Assembly (NCBI GenBank): GCA_051362555.1
Contig: CM120640.1
Location: 54,476,788-54,540,787, forward strand
DNA: 64,000 nt
Direction of reading: 5' to 3'
Source of the DNA: Lingula anatina
Lineage: Eukaryota > Animalia > Brachiopoda
Shown here: positions 62,601 through 64,000 of the stretch, piece after piece
How positions within the stretch are numbered: position 1 is the first letter of the stretch
Layout: the number at the start of each line of letters is the position of its first letter
The notes under the pieces: model-generated
The model's database searches: none
Seen by the model: the letters and a program-made list of their open reading frames with translations, nothing else
Told to the model about the DNA's origin: nothing
Translations under genes and position numbers: made by a program

Positions 62601-64000
62601 TCCTTTTCCAACTGGTAAATGATCTTTCGCTGCTTCTGAGCTTCCTCTTTATAATTTTGGATCTCCTGTTCAAGGTTCTTCTTGGACTGTTCATGCAGTT
62701 TGACCAAGTTATGCTGCTTTTGGGTTGCTGCAGCTGCCTTCAACATATTTTTGTTCAAGATATCTCTTTCTCGCACCAGGTCATCAATAGCCTTTCTGTC
62801 TGCTTCTGACTGTTTCTTCAAAGCTTCCAATTCTGTAATGCACAAAAAATAAATAAATAAATTAATTAATTAAATAAATGGGAGCAATATTAGTTTTGAG
62901 TCTGTTATTGTAATACCAGGTTATGCCCTTGGCCAGATTGGCCACAATACCTTAATCTGTTTTATTGCAATTCAGGTCAAGATCATTATTATTATTCTTA
63001 CTTATGTTAGTTTGCAAAGTTCTCTAACCTCTTTCTAGGCCAACAATTTGAGATTTGAGGGTTTCCTTCTGCCCTTCAACTTCTCCCTTTGAGTCTTCAA
63101 CATTACGCAGTTTACGCTGAATAGTTTCACGCATCTTGTTCAGTCGACTAGCTTCAGCCTTCAGTGCATTGACCTCATCTTCTTTTTGCTAAATTAATAA
63201 TATGAGAAAAAATTAATAACTGTATTATCAATAAAATTAAATCATTGGACTGATACTATCATAAAGTTTATCTAATTAAATACATATCATGTGAAAATGA
63301 CCTACTTGTATGTATATAATCATACTATATTTTGTATTTTTAACCATAAAATAACAATGAAGAATTAATATTTTTAAAATGATAAAACTAACATTTTGGT
63401 TTCAGGTTACTACTATGCATTTACTTTTATCCCTTTACAGCTAATCCAGAAAAAATAACTTTACCTAGAATATTTTCCCAAAAAAATCTTGATATATTAA
63501 GTACATACCTTCAGGTCAGAAACTTTGGTCTGGTTTTCTGAGGCCAATTGGTCAGCACTGATGAGTTGAGCCTCATAGTCCTGCTGCAACTTCTGGAACC
63601 TGGCATTCAGGATGTCTGAATCTTTGGTGATTCTTTCATTCATAATCTGATATAAAATAAAAAGACATTGAGGGAAGCCATGATAAGCTATAGATCATTT
63701 GTAACAGAAACTAATTTTAAAAAAATACATGGGTCATGCTAGCATTTTTTAATATCAATATCATGTTCTCTAAGTTTGACATTATCGTTCCATATCAAGA
63801 ATACCTGAGTTATAAAAGAACTCACCCTCTGCTCTTTAAGTTGTGCCTCCAACTTAGTGACATCTTGCTTATACCTCTCCAATTGAGCCTGGCTGGTTTT
63901 TATTTCTGAGGCCTTGGCATCAAGATCAGCTCTAGCCTGTTTCAGCTCACGCTCAATTTTGTCCTTTTTACGTGTTTCACGTTGAGCCTCATTGTTGCGA
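59639..64000 (-). CDS. CFAP58: Cilia- and flagella-associated protein 58 (CCDC147), 3' portion; 5' part lies beyond the window
   Basis: Exons >64000-63826, 63646-63509, 63188-63029, 62832-62558, 62365-62204, 61974-61687, 61448-61225, 60970-60859, 60578-60354, 60116-59983, 59759-59639. Coiled-coil protein with KLKQQQNLYEAVRSDRNLYSKNLIE, ERDILGTQLVRRNDELALLYEKIKIQQS, ALEEELENPMNIHRWRKLEGSDP, LARQPGPE and C-terminal RFTGGGF. Confidence 0.94.

Overview
AT-rich, intron-rich animal genomic DNA, not prokaryotic. Gene content and repeat types suggest an invertebrate bilaterian, probably a mollusc or other lophotrochozoan (inference). Six spliced protein-coding genes were reconstructed by hand from GT-AG exons. 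In order: UBLCP1 (-, 9 exons, ~319 aa); huntingtin HTT (+, 54 coding exons, ~2979 aa, conserved N17 but a single Gln instead of polyQ, last intron U12-type), head-to-head with UBLCP1; an uncharacterised 8-exon coiled-coil/membrane protein gene (-, ~356 aa); RPIA (+, 8 exons), head-to-head with it; PAIP2 (+, 3 coding exons); and the 3' part of CFAP58 (-, truncated by the window end). Non-coding DNA holds two unrelated non-autonomous Helentron-like (HINE) elements with internal satellite arrays, several foldback MITEs (one a perfect 44-bp hairpin with a 9-bp TSD) and microsatellites. The most unusual items are the unknown gene, an in-frame tandem duplication inside a conserved HTT exon, a repeat that multiplies an HTT splice donor five times, and a 146-bp satellite inside HTT carrying a nuclear-receptor DR1 motif in nearly every unit. 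Coordinates were read by eye and no database search was run.
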